From the NCBI GenBank assembly GCA_052143575.1, contig JBKQSP010000051.1, positions 6,308 through 70,307 of the forward strand: a stretch of DNA of 64,000 nt. Reading direction: 5' to 3'. Source of the stretch: Acidimicrobiales bacterium (GTDB lineage Bacteria > Actinomycetota > Acidimicrobiia > Acidimicrobiales > Bog-793). The position numbers and the translations under genes are program-made. The notes under the pieces are model-generated. The model was not told where the DNA came from. It worked only from the letters and a program-made list of their open reading frames with translations, and did not search any database. Below, one piece after another: positions 1-8,041 of this stretch (positions within the stretch are counted from its first letter, which is position 1; each line of letters begins with the position of its first letter).

Positions 1-882
1 GCTGGCACAGCGTGGGGCGAAGCGGCAGTTCGTGATCTCTTTTGAGAGGTCTGGCGGCAGACCGGGGATGGTGTAGAGCTTCTGGGTGCTGTCCTGCTCG
101 AGCTTCGGGATCGACTGCAAGAGTGCGAGGGCATAGGGGTGGTTCATCTTGTGGAAGAGCTCTTGGGTCTCTGCTTCCTCCACGATCTTGCCGGCGTACA
201 TGACGATGACGCGGTCGCTGCGACCGGCGATGACGCCCATGTCGTGGGTGATGAGGATGATCGCCATGCGCAGGCGGGCACGCAGGTCGTCGAGGAGGTT
301 GAGGATCTGGGCCTGGATGGTGACGTCGAGCGCCGTCGTCGGCTCGTCGGCGATGAGCAGCTTCGGCTCGTTGGCGAGGGCGAGGGCGATCATGACGCGC
401 TGGCGGAGGCCGCCGGACAGCTGGTGCGGGTAGTAGTCGAGGCGCTCGGCCGGACGGGGCATGCCGACGAGGGTGAGCACCTCGAGGGACCGTTCGCGGG
501 CTTCGGCTTTCGAGACGTTGCGGTGGAGGCGGACGCCTTCGGAGATCTGCTGAGCGATCGTCATCGTCGGGTTGAGCGACGTCATCGGGTCCTGGAAGAT
601 CATGGCGACGTCGTTGCCCCGGAGCTCTCGCATCTGGCGTTCGTTCATCGGCACGACGTCTTGGTCATTGACCCGGATAGAGCCGCGAACGATGTGGCCG
701 ACGCCGGGCAGCAGCTTCATGACCGAGAGCCCGAGCGTGCTCTTGCCGCAGCCGGACTCACCGACGATGCCGACGCACTCGCCCTCGGCGACGTGGAAAC
801 TGACGCCGTCCACGGCGCCAACATTGGCGGTCCGCAGATGGAATTCCGTGCGTAGGTTCTCCACTTCGAGAACGTTGGCCAC
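1..882 (-). CDS. ABC transporter ATP-binding protein, oligopeptide/dipeptide type (OppD/DppD-like); C-terminal part lies beyond the window start
   Basis: Minus-strand reading from GTG at 882 (GAAGGGG upstream) gives Walker [12 protein letters not shown], signature QLSGG and Walker [13 protein letters not shown]. The + ORF 139..855 is its antisense shadow. It is missing from the track because it is open-ended. Confidence 0.9.
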   Translation of the reverse strand, partial: MANVLEVENLRTEFHLRTANVGAVDGVSFHVAEGECVGIVGESGCGKSTLGLSVMKLLPGVGHIVRGSIRVNDQDVVPMNERQMRELRGNDVAMIFQDPMTSLNPTMTIAQQISEGVRLHRNVSKAEARERSLEVLTLVGMPRPAERLDYYPHQLSGGLRQRVMIALALANEPKLLIADEPTTALDVTIQAQILNLLDDLRARLRMAIILITHDMGVIAGRSDRVIVMYAGKIVEEAETQELFHKMNHPYALALLQSIPKLEQDSTQKLYTIPGLPPDLSKEITNCRFAPRCAS

Positions 883-972
883 GTGACCACCCCTTCGTGA
901 TCAGCCTCAGTCGGCATCCGTAAAGCGCGGGTCCCTGGTCGCCCGGCCTGTGCCGCGCTATCGTAGCGGCCC

Positions 973-1293
973 ATGCCACAACCACCCAGCCTCAGCCCAG
1001 AGCAGCGCCAAGCAGCGCTCGAGAAGGCCGCGGCCGTGCGCCGCCAGCGGGCCGAGATCAAAGACCACCTCAAGGCCGGCCGTATTACCTTGAAGGAGCT
1101 GCTCCAACGGGCAGAATCCGACGAGACGGTCGGCAAGATGAAGGTGCTGGCCGCCCTCGAGGCGCTCCCTGGCACCGGCAAGGTCAAGGCTCGCCGCTTG
1201 ATGGACACAGTCGGGATCAGCGAGGGTCGGCGCCTCCAGGGACTCGGTGCCAAGCAGCGTGAGACGCTGCTCGAGGCCGCAGAGCGCCCCTGA
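973..1293 (+). CDS. mihF: actinobacterial integration host factor MihF
   Basis: 106-aa ORF (…LKAGRITLKELL…KVLAALEALPGTGKVKARRLM…) matches the mIHF family from memory. It sits directly upstream of gmk-rpoZ, as in Mycobacterium and Streptomyces. Confidence 0.85.
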   Translation: MPQPPSLSPEQRQAALEKAAAVRRQRAEIKDHLKAGRITLKELLQRAESDETVGKMKVLAALEALPGTGKVKARRLMDTVGISEGRRLQGLGAKQRETLLEAAERP

Positions 1294-1326
1294 GCACCTG
1301 ATCCGCTCGAGCCACTCCACACCGCC

Positions 1327-1878
1327 CTGATCGTCGTCGTCATCGGCCCGGGAGGGGTCGGGAAGGGCACCGTCATCAAACGGGTGCTCGAGCGGGACAA
1401 GCGGCTGCGACTCAGCCGATCGTGGACGACCCGGCGGCAGCGACCGGGCGAGCCCGCCGACGCCTACGACTTCGTCGATCGCCCCACCTTCGAGGCGAGC
1501 GTCGCCGCCGGCGGCTTCCTCGAGTGGGCGCAGGTGCTCGACGACCTCTACGGGACGCCGCTGCCCGAAGTCGTCGAGGACTGCGACATCGTGCTTGAGA
1601 TCGACGTCCAGGGCGCCCGCCAGGTGCTGGCAGCTCGACCCGACGCCTTGGTGGTGCTCGTCGTGGCACCCTCGGTGGAGGCACAGACGCAGCGTCTTCG
1701 CTCGAGAGGCGACTCGGAGGACCACGTGCAGCGCCGGGTCGTTCTCGGGCGAACCGAGGAGCGAGAGGGCCGGGCGCTCGCGCAGGGCGTCATCGTCAAC
1801 GACGACCTCGAGCAAAGCGTCGACCAACTTCTCGCTATCATTGATGCTGCACGGAAAGGTGTTTTGCCGCGCCCGTAG
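1327..1878 (+). CDS. gmk: guanylate kinase (start codon unresolved; provisional CTG 1327)
   Basis: P-loop GPGGVGKGT is encoded at 1345..1371 and a guanylate-kinase-like body follows (SRSWTTRRQRPGE…YDFV). The track ORF starts only at GTG 1384, downstream of the P-loop, so the true start must be upstream and non-canonical. Confidence 0.8.
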   Translation: MIVVVIGPGGVGKGTVIKRVLERDKRLRLSRSWTTRRQRPGEPADAYDFVDRPTFEASVAAGGFLEWAQVLDDLYGTPLPEVVEDCDIVLEIDVQGARQVLAARPDALVVLVVAPSVEAQTQRLRSRGDSEDHVQRRVVLGRTEEREGRALAQGVIVNDDLEQSVDQLLAIIDAARKGVLPRP

Positions 1879-1933
1879 GTGCGCCGTAGCCGATTTCCGC
1901 TCGTGACCGACAAACCGCTTCTGAAGGAGCCTG

Positions 1934-2275
1934 ATGGCTGAGCCGCGCAGCACGATGATCGATCCGCCGATTGAGACGCTTCTCGACGCCGTCGACTCGA
2001 AGTTCACACTCGTCACCCTCGCCGCCAAGCGCGGGCGGCAGGTGAACGCCTATTTCAGCCAGCTCGGAGAGGGTCTCGGAGCGATCGTGCCGCCGCAGGT
2101 CGCCTCCATCGCCCGCAAGCCGCTGTCCATCGCCCTCGAGGAGATCGCCGCCGGCAAGGTTCGTGCCGTCTTCCCCGCCGACCGGGATCGTGACCCGTCC
2201 GAGGTGAGCGACGAAGGGGAGGTAGCGGTCACCGATCTCGGTGACAGCGCCGACCACGGTGACAACGCCAGCTGA
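1934..2275 (+). CDS. rpoZ: DNA-directed RNA polymerase subunit omega
   Basis: 113-aa ORF with an omega-like core ([20 protein letters not shown]) in the conserved position after gmk. Confidence 0.88.
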   Translation: MAEPRSTMIDPPIETLLDAVDSKFTLVTLAAKRGRQVNAYFSQLGEGLGAIVPPQVASIARKPLSIALEEIAAGKVRAVFPADRDRDPSEVSDEGEVAVTDLGDSADHGDNAS

Positions 2276-3599
2276 TTCCGCTGCTCCGGGGCACCACGAG
2301 CAAGGGTCGCTCTCCGGCGTCTACGTGGTTCTCGGTGTGAGCGGCGGGATCGCCGCCTACAAGGCAATCGAGGTGTGCCGGCGGCTCGTCGACAGCGGAG
2401 CCCACGTCGCACCCGTGCTGACGGCGGGGGCGCTGCGCTTTGTGGGCGCCGCCACCTTCTCCGCCCTCGCTTCCGAACCTGCCCACACGTCGCTGTTCGA
2501 AGACGCCAGCCCGATACCGCACACCCGCCTCGGCCAGCAGGCCGACCTCGTCGTCGTGGCGCCCGCAACGGCCCGCCTCATCGGCTCCTACGCCGCCGGG
2601 ATCTCGGCCGACCTCCTCGTGGCCACATTGCTCGCCACTCGAGCTCCCGTGCTCGTCTGCCCCGCCATGCACACCGAGATGTGGGAGCACCCGGCCGTGC
2701 AGGCAAACCTCGAAGTGTTGCGGGTGCGGGGCGTCCACGTGCTCGAGCCCGCCGTCGGTCGCCTTGCCGGCGGCGACGTCGGAGCGGGACGGCTGGCCGA
2801 GCCGGCCGACATCGTGGCGGCGGCGGCGCGCATCGTGTCGGCCGCACATGGCGCCGCCAGCGGCACTGCCGGGCATCGGGCGACCGCACGCTCGACCGCC
2901 GATGGCCTCGCCGGCCGGCGGGTCCTCGTCACCGCCGGCGGCACGCGAGAGCCGATCGACCCCGTGCGCTTCATCGCCAACCGCTCCTCCGGCAAGCAGG
3001 GTTATGCCCTTGCGGCTGCAGCCCGCGGGCGGGGCGCCGAGGTGACGCTCGTGACGACCGTGCAGCTGGCCGCCCCGGAGGGCGCCGAGGTCGTCGAGGT
3101 GGAGACGGCCGCCGAGATGGCCGAGGCCGTCCTCAGCCGGGCGAAGGAACAGGACCTGATCGTCATGGCGGCCGCTGTGGCCGACTTCCGCCCGAGTGTG
3201 CGAGCCGCCGCCAAGCTGCGCAAGGCCGACGGTGTCCCCGAGATCGAGCTCGAGCCGACCCTCGACATCCTCGCCGAGCTCGGTCGCCAGCGGCAGCCCG
3301 GCCAGGTGCTCGTGGGCTTCGCCGCCGAGACGGAGTCCGTCGTCGAGCGCGCCGCCGAGAAGCTGCGCTCGAAAGGGGCCGACCTCGTCGTGGGCAATGA
3401 CGTCGGGGCGGAGGGCGTGGGTTTCTCGTGGGACACCAACGCCGTCTCGATCGTTACCGCCGAGGGCAGGACCGACGTCCCGCTCAGCTCGAAGCGCGCC
3501 GTCGCCGAAGCCGTCCTCGACGCCGCCCTCGCCTGCATGGTGCAGGCCGAGAGTGACCAAGGAATCCGAACACTGCCTGATGAGGAGCCAATCGCGTGA
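2241..3599 (+). CDS. coaBC: bifunctional phosphopantothenoylcysteine decarboxylase / phosphopantothenate-cysteine ligase
   Basis: N-terminal flavoprotein motif [15 protein letters not shown] plus a C-terminal ligase half ([25 protein letters not shown]). The GTG start at 2241 overlaps the rpoZ end; a later start is possible. Confidence 0.88.
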   Translation: MTAPTTVTTPADSAAPGHHEQGSLSGVYVVLGVSGGIAAYKAIEVCRRLVDSGAHVAPVLTAGALRFVGAATFSALASEPAHTSLFEDASPIPHTRLGQQADLVVVAPATARLIGSYAAGISADLLVATLLATRAPVLVCPAMHTEMWEHPAVQANLEVLRVRGVHVLEPAVGRLAGGDVGAGRLAEPADIVAAAARIVSAAHGAASGTAGHRATARSTADGLAGRRVLVTAGGTREPIDPVRFIANRSSGKQGYALAAAARGRGAEVTLVTTVQLAAPEGAEVVEVETAAEMAEAVLSRAKEQDLIVMAAAVADFRPSVRAAAKLRKADGVPEIELEPTLDILAELGRQRQPGQVLVGFAAETESVVERAAEKLRSKGADLVVGNDVGAEGVGFSWDTNAVSIVTAEGRTDVPLSSKRAVAEAVLDAALACMVQAESDQGIRTLPDEEPIA

Positions 3600-4786
3600 G
3601 CCAGTACCACTTCACCTCGGAGTCGGTGACCGAAGGCCATCCCGACAAGATGGCCGACCAGATATCCGACGCCGTCCTCGACGCCATCCTCACGGAGGAC
3701 CCGAACGGGCGGGTCGCCTGCGAGACGCTCCTCACCACCGGTCTCGTCGTCGTGGCCGGTGAGATCTCCACGACCGCCTACGTCGACGTCGCACACATCG
3801 TCCGCCAGACCGTCCTTGCCATCGGGTACGACCGGGACGAGCTGTGCTTCGACGGGAACGCCTGCGGTGTCCTCGTCTCCATCGACGAGCAGTCGCCCGA
3901 CATCAGCCAGGGCGTGTCGACCGCCCTCGAACGGCGGTCCGGCACCGACGGCGAGGACGTCCTCAGCTCCCAGGGGGCCGGCGACCAGGGGATGATGTTC
4001 GGCTTCGCCTGCGACGAAACCCCCGACCTCATGCCCCTGCCCATCTGGCTCGCCCATCGCCTCGCCCGCCGCCTCGCAGAGGTGCGCAAGGACGCCACGC
4101 TGCCCTACCTCGGTCCGGACGGCAAGACCCAGGTGTCGGTCGTCTACGACAACGGCCGCCCCGTCAAGCTCACGACCGTGCTCATCTCCACCCAGCACAC
4201 GAAGGACGTGGAGCTGGTCGAGCAGCTGCCGGCGGATCTCCTCAAGCACGTCATCGAACCGCTGCTGCCGACGGACCTCGACACGGAGAATTTCCGGCTG
4301 CTGGCGAACCCGACGGGTCGCTTCGAGCTCGGTGGCCCTCGGGCAGACAGCGGGCTCACCGGGCGAAAGATCATCGTCGACACCTACGGCGGGGCCGCCC
4401 GCCACGGCGGGGGAGCCTTCTCCGGCAAGGACCCGTCCAAGGTCGACCGCTCGGGCGCCTACGCGGCCCGCTGGGTGGCCAAGCACATCGTCGCCGCCGG
4501 CGCTGCCCGTCGCTGCGAGATACAGGTCGCCTACGCCATCGGCGTCGCCCGCCCCCTTTCGGTCATGCTCGACACGTTCGGCACCGAGACGGTCGACCCC
4601 GAGAAGATCACCGCAGCCATCGACGAGCTCTTCGACTTGCGGCCGGCGGCCATCATCCGCGACCTCGACCTGCGGCGGCCGATCTACAAGCGGACGGCCG
4701 CCTACGGTCACTTCGGCCGCTCTGACGCCGGACCCTGGGAGGCGACCCCGCGGGTCGAGGACCTTCGGCGCGCCCTCGGCCTCTGA
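3596..4786 (+). CDS. metK: S-adenosylmethionine synthase
   Basis: 396 aa with [25 protein letters not shown] and [16 protein letters not shown] motifs. GTGA overlap with the coaBC stop. Confidence 0.95.
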   Translation: MSQYHFTSESVTEGHPDKMADQISDAVLDAILTEDPNGRVACETLLTTGLVVVAGEISTTAYVDVAHIVRQTVLAIGYDRDELCFDGNACGVLVSIDEQSPDISQGVSTALERRSGTDGEDVLSSQGAGDQGMMFGFACDETPDLMPLPIWLAHRLARRLAEVRKDATLPYLGPDGKTQVSVVYDNGRPVKLTTVLISTQHTKDVELVEQLPADLLKHVIEPLLPTDLDTENFRLLANPTGRFELGGPRADSGLTGRKIIVDTYGGAARHGGGAFSGKDPSKVDRSGAYAARWVAKHIVAAGAARRCEIQVAYAIGVARPLSVMLDTFGTETVDPEKITAAIDELFDLRPAAIIRDLDLRRPIYKRTAAYGHFGRSDAGPWEATPRVEDLRRALGL

Positions 4787-4874
4787 GGGCGGGCCGCATT
4801 CGGGGCCGGCAGTGGTCACGGTCGCCGGCGCTGGCGCACCCGCCGGAGCGGTCGCCGCGGTGAGCGTCGCGGCG

Positions 4875-6857
4875 GTGACGGAGCATCCCACGACGGTCGA
4901 AGTGCTGCCCGACGTGAGCGGGATCGACCGGGCGTTTCACTACCTCGTTCCCACCGCTCTAGCAGCCGGGGTCGTGGTCGGAACGATCGTGCGGGTGCCG
5001 CTCCACGGTCGTCGCGTTCGCGGCTATGTCGTGGCGGTCGGAACGCCGGCGCCCCGAGGCGTCAGACCCCAGGAGATCCTCCAGGTCGTCTCGTTGGGCC
5101 CGCCGGCCGACGTCGTCGAGCTCTGCCGATGGGCATCGTGGCGGTACGCCGGGCGGCTCCGACCGTTCCTGGCCGCCGCCTCGTCCCCAACGGTCGTCCG
5201 GAGGTTGCCGGCACCGGGATCGGGTCCGCCGGCCCCAAGCACCGCAGCGCCGGCCCCAAGCACCGCAGCGCCGGCCCCCAGCACAGAACCGCCGGCCCCC
5301 AGCACAGAACCGCCGGCGCCCAGCACCGCAGCGCCGGCGCCCAGCACAGAACCGCCGGCGCCCAGCACCGCAGCGCCGGCCCCCAGCACAGAAGCGCCGG
5401 CTGCGGCGGCCGCCAGTTGGCTCGGACAGGCCGTCTCAGATGCCCTCAAGGCTCGGGACGCCGTCATCCGGCTACCGCCGGCCGTCGAGCGGCTGCCGAT
5501 CGTCCTCGAGGCCCTCGAGCACATGAGAGGCACCGCCGGCGACCCGATGATCCTCGTCGAGTCGACCTCCGACGCCGACGCCCTCGCTCGGCGGCTCGTC
5601 CGGCGGGGATGGGACGTCAGTCCCTACCCCGAGCAGTGGGCGGCCGCAGCCGCCGGCGGCCGAGTGGTGGTCGGCACTCGCAACGTCGCTCTCGCTCCCG
5701 GGCGGCGCTCTGTCGTCATCGTGCTGGACGCCCACAGCGAGTCGTACCGCTCCGAGCGGGCGCCGACCTTCGATGCACGCACGCTCGTGGCCGAGCGGAG
5801 CCGGCGGGACGGTGTCCCGGTCCTGTTCGTCAGCCCCTGCCCGAGCCTGGAGCTGCTTTCTGGGCGCCGGCTCGTCACGATCGAGCGCTCGGCGGAACGA
5901 AACGGCTGGCCGCCCGCCTCCGTCCTCGACGCCCGCGAGGAGGACCCGAGAGAAGGCGGCTACCCGTCGCGACTCGTCTCGCTCGTGCGAGCCGCCGTGG
6001 CGGCTGGCATCGAAACAGGGCGCCCCGTCGTGCTCGTGCTCAACCAGAAGGGCCGCGCCCGGCTCCTGTCGTGCTCGCTCTGCCGCTCGATCCAGCGATG
6101 CGGCCGTTGCGGAGCGGCCCTCACACAGCCCACACGGGCGCCTCGCGGCACGACCGGCACGCTCGAGTGCCCGAGCTGCGGTGACGAGTCAGCGGCCGTG
6201 TGCACGACCTGTGGCTCGGCTCGGCTGCGGATCCTGCGGCCAGGCGTCAGCCTCGCCCGCGAGCAGCTCTCCACCTTGCTCGGCGTCGAAGTCGCCGAGG
6301 TCGGCGCCCCAGGCACACCAGCCGCCCTCGCCACGCCCCGGGCGCCGGCTCCCGTCGTGATCGGCACCGAGGCGGTGTTGCACGCCGTGCGGGGGGCGGT
6401 GATGGTGGGTTTCCTCGATCTCGATCACGAGTTGCTCTCGCCCCGCTTCCGTGCGGCAGAGCAGGCACTCGTCCTGCTGGCGCGAGCGGCTCGCCTCCTC
6501 GGCGGCCATTCGGGCGGCGGCCGCCTCGTCATGCGCACCTCGGTGCCCGACCACGACGTCGTGAGAGCCGTGCAGGCGGGCGACCCAGCGCTCGTGGCTG
6601 CGGCGGAGTCGGGGCGCCGCAGCATGCTGCACCTGCCCCCGCTGGCGGCGCTCGCCTCGGTGACCGGGACGGACGCCGCCGGCGTCGTCAGCCGCCTGCA
6701 GGGCGTCGAGGTGTCGTCGGGCCGGCGCGGTGGCTATCTCGTACGCGCCGAGAGCTCGTCGGCGCTGGCGGACGCCTTTGCCCGCCTCGTCGCCGAGGAG
6801 AGTGCCGGCTGGGCCGGCGTCGATGCCCGTATCGAGGTCGACCCGCTGGCGGTCTGA
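4875..6857 (+). CDS. priA: primosomal protein N' (PriA-like), helicase motifs not recognisable
   Basis: PriA-like N-terminus (LPDVSGIDRAFHYLVP…VRVPLHGRRVRGYVV) and four CxxC pairs (CSLC, CGRC, CPSC, CTTC). GTG 4875 chosen (alternative 4860). The 4332..4874 part of the track ORF overlaps metK and was rejected. Confidence 0.8.
   Translation: MTEHPTTVEVLPDVSGIDRAFHYLVPTALAAGVVVGTIVRVPLHGRRVRGYVVAVGTPAPRGVRPQEILQVVSLGPPADVVELCRWASWRYAGRLRPFLAAASSPTVVRRLPAPGSGPPAPSTAAPAPSTAAPAPSTEPPAPSTEPPAPSTAAPAPSTEPPAPSTAAPAPSTEAPAAAAASWLGQAVSDALKARDAVIRLPPAVERLPIVLEALEHMRGTAGDPMILVESTSDADALARRLVRRGWDVSPYPEQWAAAAAGGRVVVGTRNVALAPGRRSVVIVLDAHSESYRSERAPTFDARTLVAERSRRDGVPVLFVSPCPSLELLSGRRLVTIERSAERNGWPPASVLDAREEDPREGGYPSRLVSLVRAAVAAGIETGRPVVLVLNQKGRARLLSCSLCRSIQRCGRCGAALTQPTRAPRGTTGTLECPSCGDESAAVCTTCGSARLRILRPGVSLAREQLSTLLGVEVAEVGAPGTPAALATPRAPAPVVIGTEAVLHAVRGAVMVGFLDLDHELLSPRFRAAEQALVLLARAARLLGGHSGGGRLVMRTSVPDHDVVRAVQAGDPALVAAAESGRRSMLHLPPLAALASVTGTDAAGVVSRLQGVEVSSGRRGGYLVRAESSSALADAFARLVAEESAGWAGVDARIEVDPLAV
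5229..5396 (+). repeat. 8 tandem 21-bp units encoding PAPST(A/E)(A/P/E) inside priA
   Basis: Read directly: ccggccccaagcaccgcagcg and close variants repeat head-to-tail, in frame with priA. A degenerate copy (PAPGSGP) precedes them. Confidence 0.95.
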
Positions 6858-6888
6858 GCTTCGCTCGGCACCTCCCACCGTCTCCCTA

Positions 6889-6948
6889 GTGTCAAAGCGA
6901 GCTGCTCCGTGTCAAACCGAGCAGCTCAGTGTCAAAGCGAGCATCTCG
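6889..6948. promoter_or_regulatory. three direct repeats GTGTCAAA(G/C)CGAGC phased at 20 bp, between priA and the next gene
   Basis: Copies start at 6889, 6909 and 6929. Each is followed by a GAGC-N-GCTC mini-palindrome (third copy imperfect). The set lies about 50 bp upstream of ATG 6997. Confidence 0.4.
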
Positions 6949-6996
6949 ACCGGCCGACCAGGGCGGCACGGCGACCAGAGGAGGGCGGAGGCAGGG

Positions 6997-7455
6997 ATGA
7001 GCAAGCAGGTACCGGTCCTCTTGACGCCGCCACAGGCGCGCCAGCTGGCCCAGGCGCTCGCCGGCCTCCGTGGCCTGATCGGCGTCGTGGCCTTCGTCTC
7101 GCCCAGCGTCGCCCTGCGGCCCTGGGCGGGTGCGGCGGTGGCGGCGCACCCCGGCGGGCGCCTCGTCGGGCGCGCCCTCGGCGGTCGTGACCTCGCCCTG
7201 TCCGCCGGGGCGTTCCTCGCCATGCGCCACGACGGGCGGGTGCGCGGCTGGATCGAGGCCGGGGGGCTCGCCGACACCGGCGACGTCCTCGCCACGCTCG
7301 TCGCCTTTCGGCATCTGCCGAAGCGGACGCGCTGGGGCGTGCTGGCGCTCACGCTCGGCGCCGTCGCCGCCGCCTACGTCGTGGCGCCGAGCGTCGACGA
7401 GCAGGGCTGGGGCACTTCGCTCCCGCCGGAAGCTTCCCCGAGCCCTGCCTGCTAG
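6997..7455 (+). CDS. hypothetical membrane protein (152 aa)
   Basis: ATG preceded by a GAGGAGGGCGGAGG purine-rich SD. Several hydrophobic segments (LIGVVAFVSPSVAL, WGVLALTLGAVAAAYVVAP). No family recognised. Confidence 0.55.
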   Translation: MSKQVPVLLTPPQARQLAQALAGLRGLIGVVAFVSPSVALRPWAGAAVAAHPGGRLVGRALGGRDLALSAGAFLAMRHDGRVRGWIEAGGLADTGDVLATLVAFRHLPKRTRWGVLALTLGAVAAAYVVAPSVDEQGWGTSLPPEASPSPAC

Positions 7456-7497
7456 CATTGGCGATCGCCGGCCCAGGTCGGCGCTGGTGGGCGGTGT

Positions 7498-7523
7498 CTC
7501 GCCGGATCGTCTGATCCGGCGGG
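7498..7523 (+). terminator. stem-loop downstream of the membrane-protein gene
   Basis: An 11-bp stem (ctcgccggatc / gatccggcggg) with loop gtct. No U-tract follows, which is common in high-GC actinobacteria. Confidence 0.5.
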
Positions 7524-7605
7524 GTGGTGCCCCCTGAGGAGTTCCGTCACCTTCCCGGCCGGCCCACGCGGTCTGCCGGCACCAAAGAAAGCCCATTCTC
7601 AACGC

Positions 7606-7863
7606 ATGCCCGACAAGACGGCGACGATCGCCGAGCACCGGCTCCACGAGACCGATACCGGTTCGCCCGAGGTCCAGGTTGCCATCCTCACTGAGCGGAT
7701 CAACCACCTCACCGAGCACCTGAAGGTGCACCGGGGCGACCATCACACCCGGCGAGGCCTGATGAAGCTGATCGGCCGCCGCCGTCGTCTGCTGGACTAT
7801 GTGAAGGCGAACGACGTCGACCGATACCGGGGGCTTATCGCCCGGCTCGGCATCCGTCGTTAG
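7606..7863 (+). CDS. rpsO: 30S ribosomal protein S15
   Basis: 85 aa containing [25 protein letters not shown]…HHTRRGL, the classic S15 sequence. Confidence 0.95.
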   Translation: MPDKTATIAEHRLHETDTGSPEVQVAILTERINHLTEHLKVHRGDHHTRRGLMKLIGRRRRLLDYVKANDVDRYRGLIARLGIRR

Positions 7864-7906
7864 GGCTGGGGACAGAACCCCCAAACGAAGACAACCACGG
7901 CGCCCG

Positions 7907-8000
7907 CAGTCGTCAGCTGCCAGTCGCCGGGTACCGGGCCGCACGAAAGGCCGGAGCAGGTGGAACACCTCGCTCGGGCAGGTCCGGTGCGCGACGACTG
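7907..8000 (+). promoter_or_regulatory. structured rpsO-pnp intergenic leader (candidate Actino-pnp-type motif)
   Basis: A long-range 8-bp pairing, cagtcgtc (7907-7914) with gacgactg (7993-8000), encloses several local hairpins (ggcc…ggcc, aggtg-gaa-cacct). The pnp SD GAGGAG follows. Confidence 0.45.
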
Positions 8001-8041
8001 GGAACTGGCCAGGTCTGGCGCCTCGAAAATAGAGGAGTGTC

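Noticed and set aside
4332-4874. N-terminal 180-aa extension of the priA ORF in the track (841 aa)
   Set aside because: It overlaps metK in another frame with Pro/Ser/Arg-rich nonsense. PriA-like sequence begins only at about 4875. Similar over-long starts were trimmed for 17235..18047, 18604..20016, 31772..33127, 35070..36773, 39102..40049, 42637..43302 and 54762..56294.
3002-4891. 629-aa minus-strand ORF spanning coaBC and metK
   Set aside because: It is antisense to two confidently recognised genes. Its Arg/Gly/Ala/Asp-rich shadow composition is typical of high-GC DNA, and I recognised no motifs.
5229-5396. Possible CRISPR array (also considered for 40750..41025)
   Set aside because: The units are 15-21 bp, contiguous without spacers, and in frame within protein-coding genes. 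No cas genes are present.
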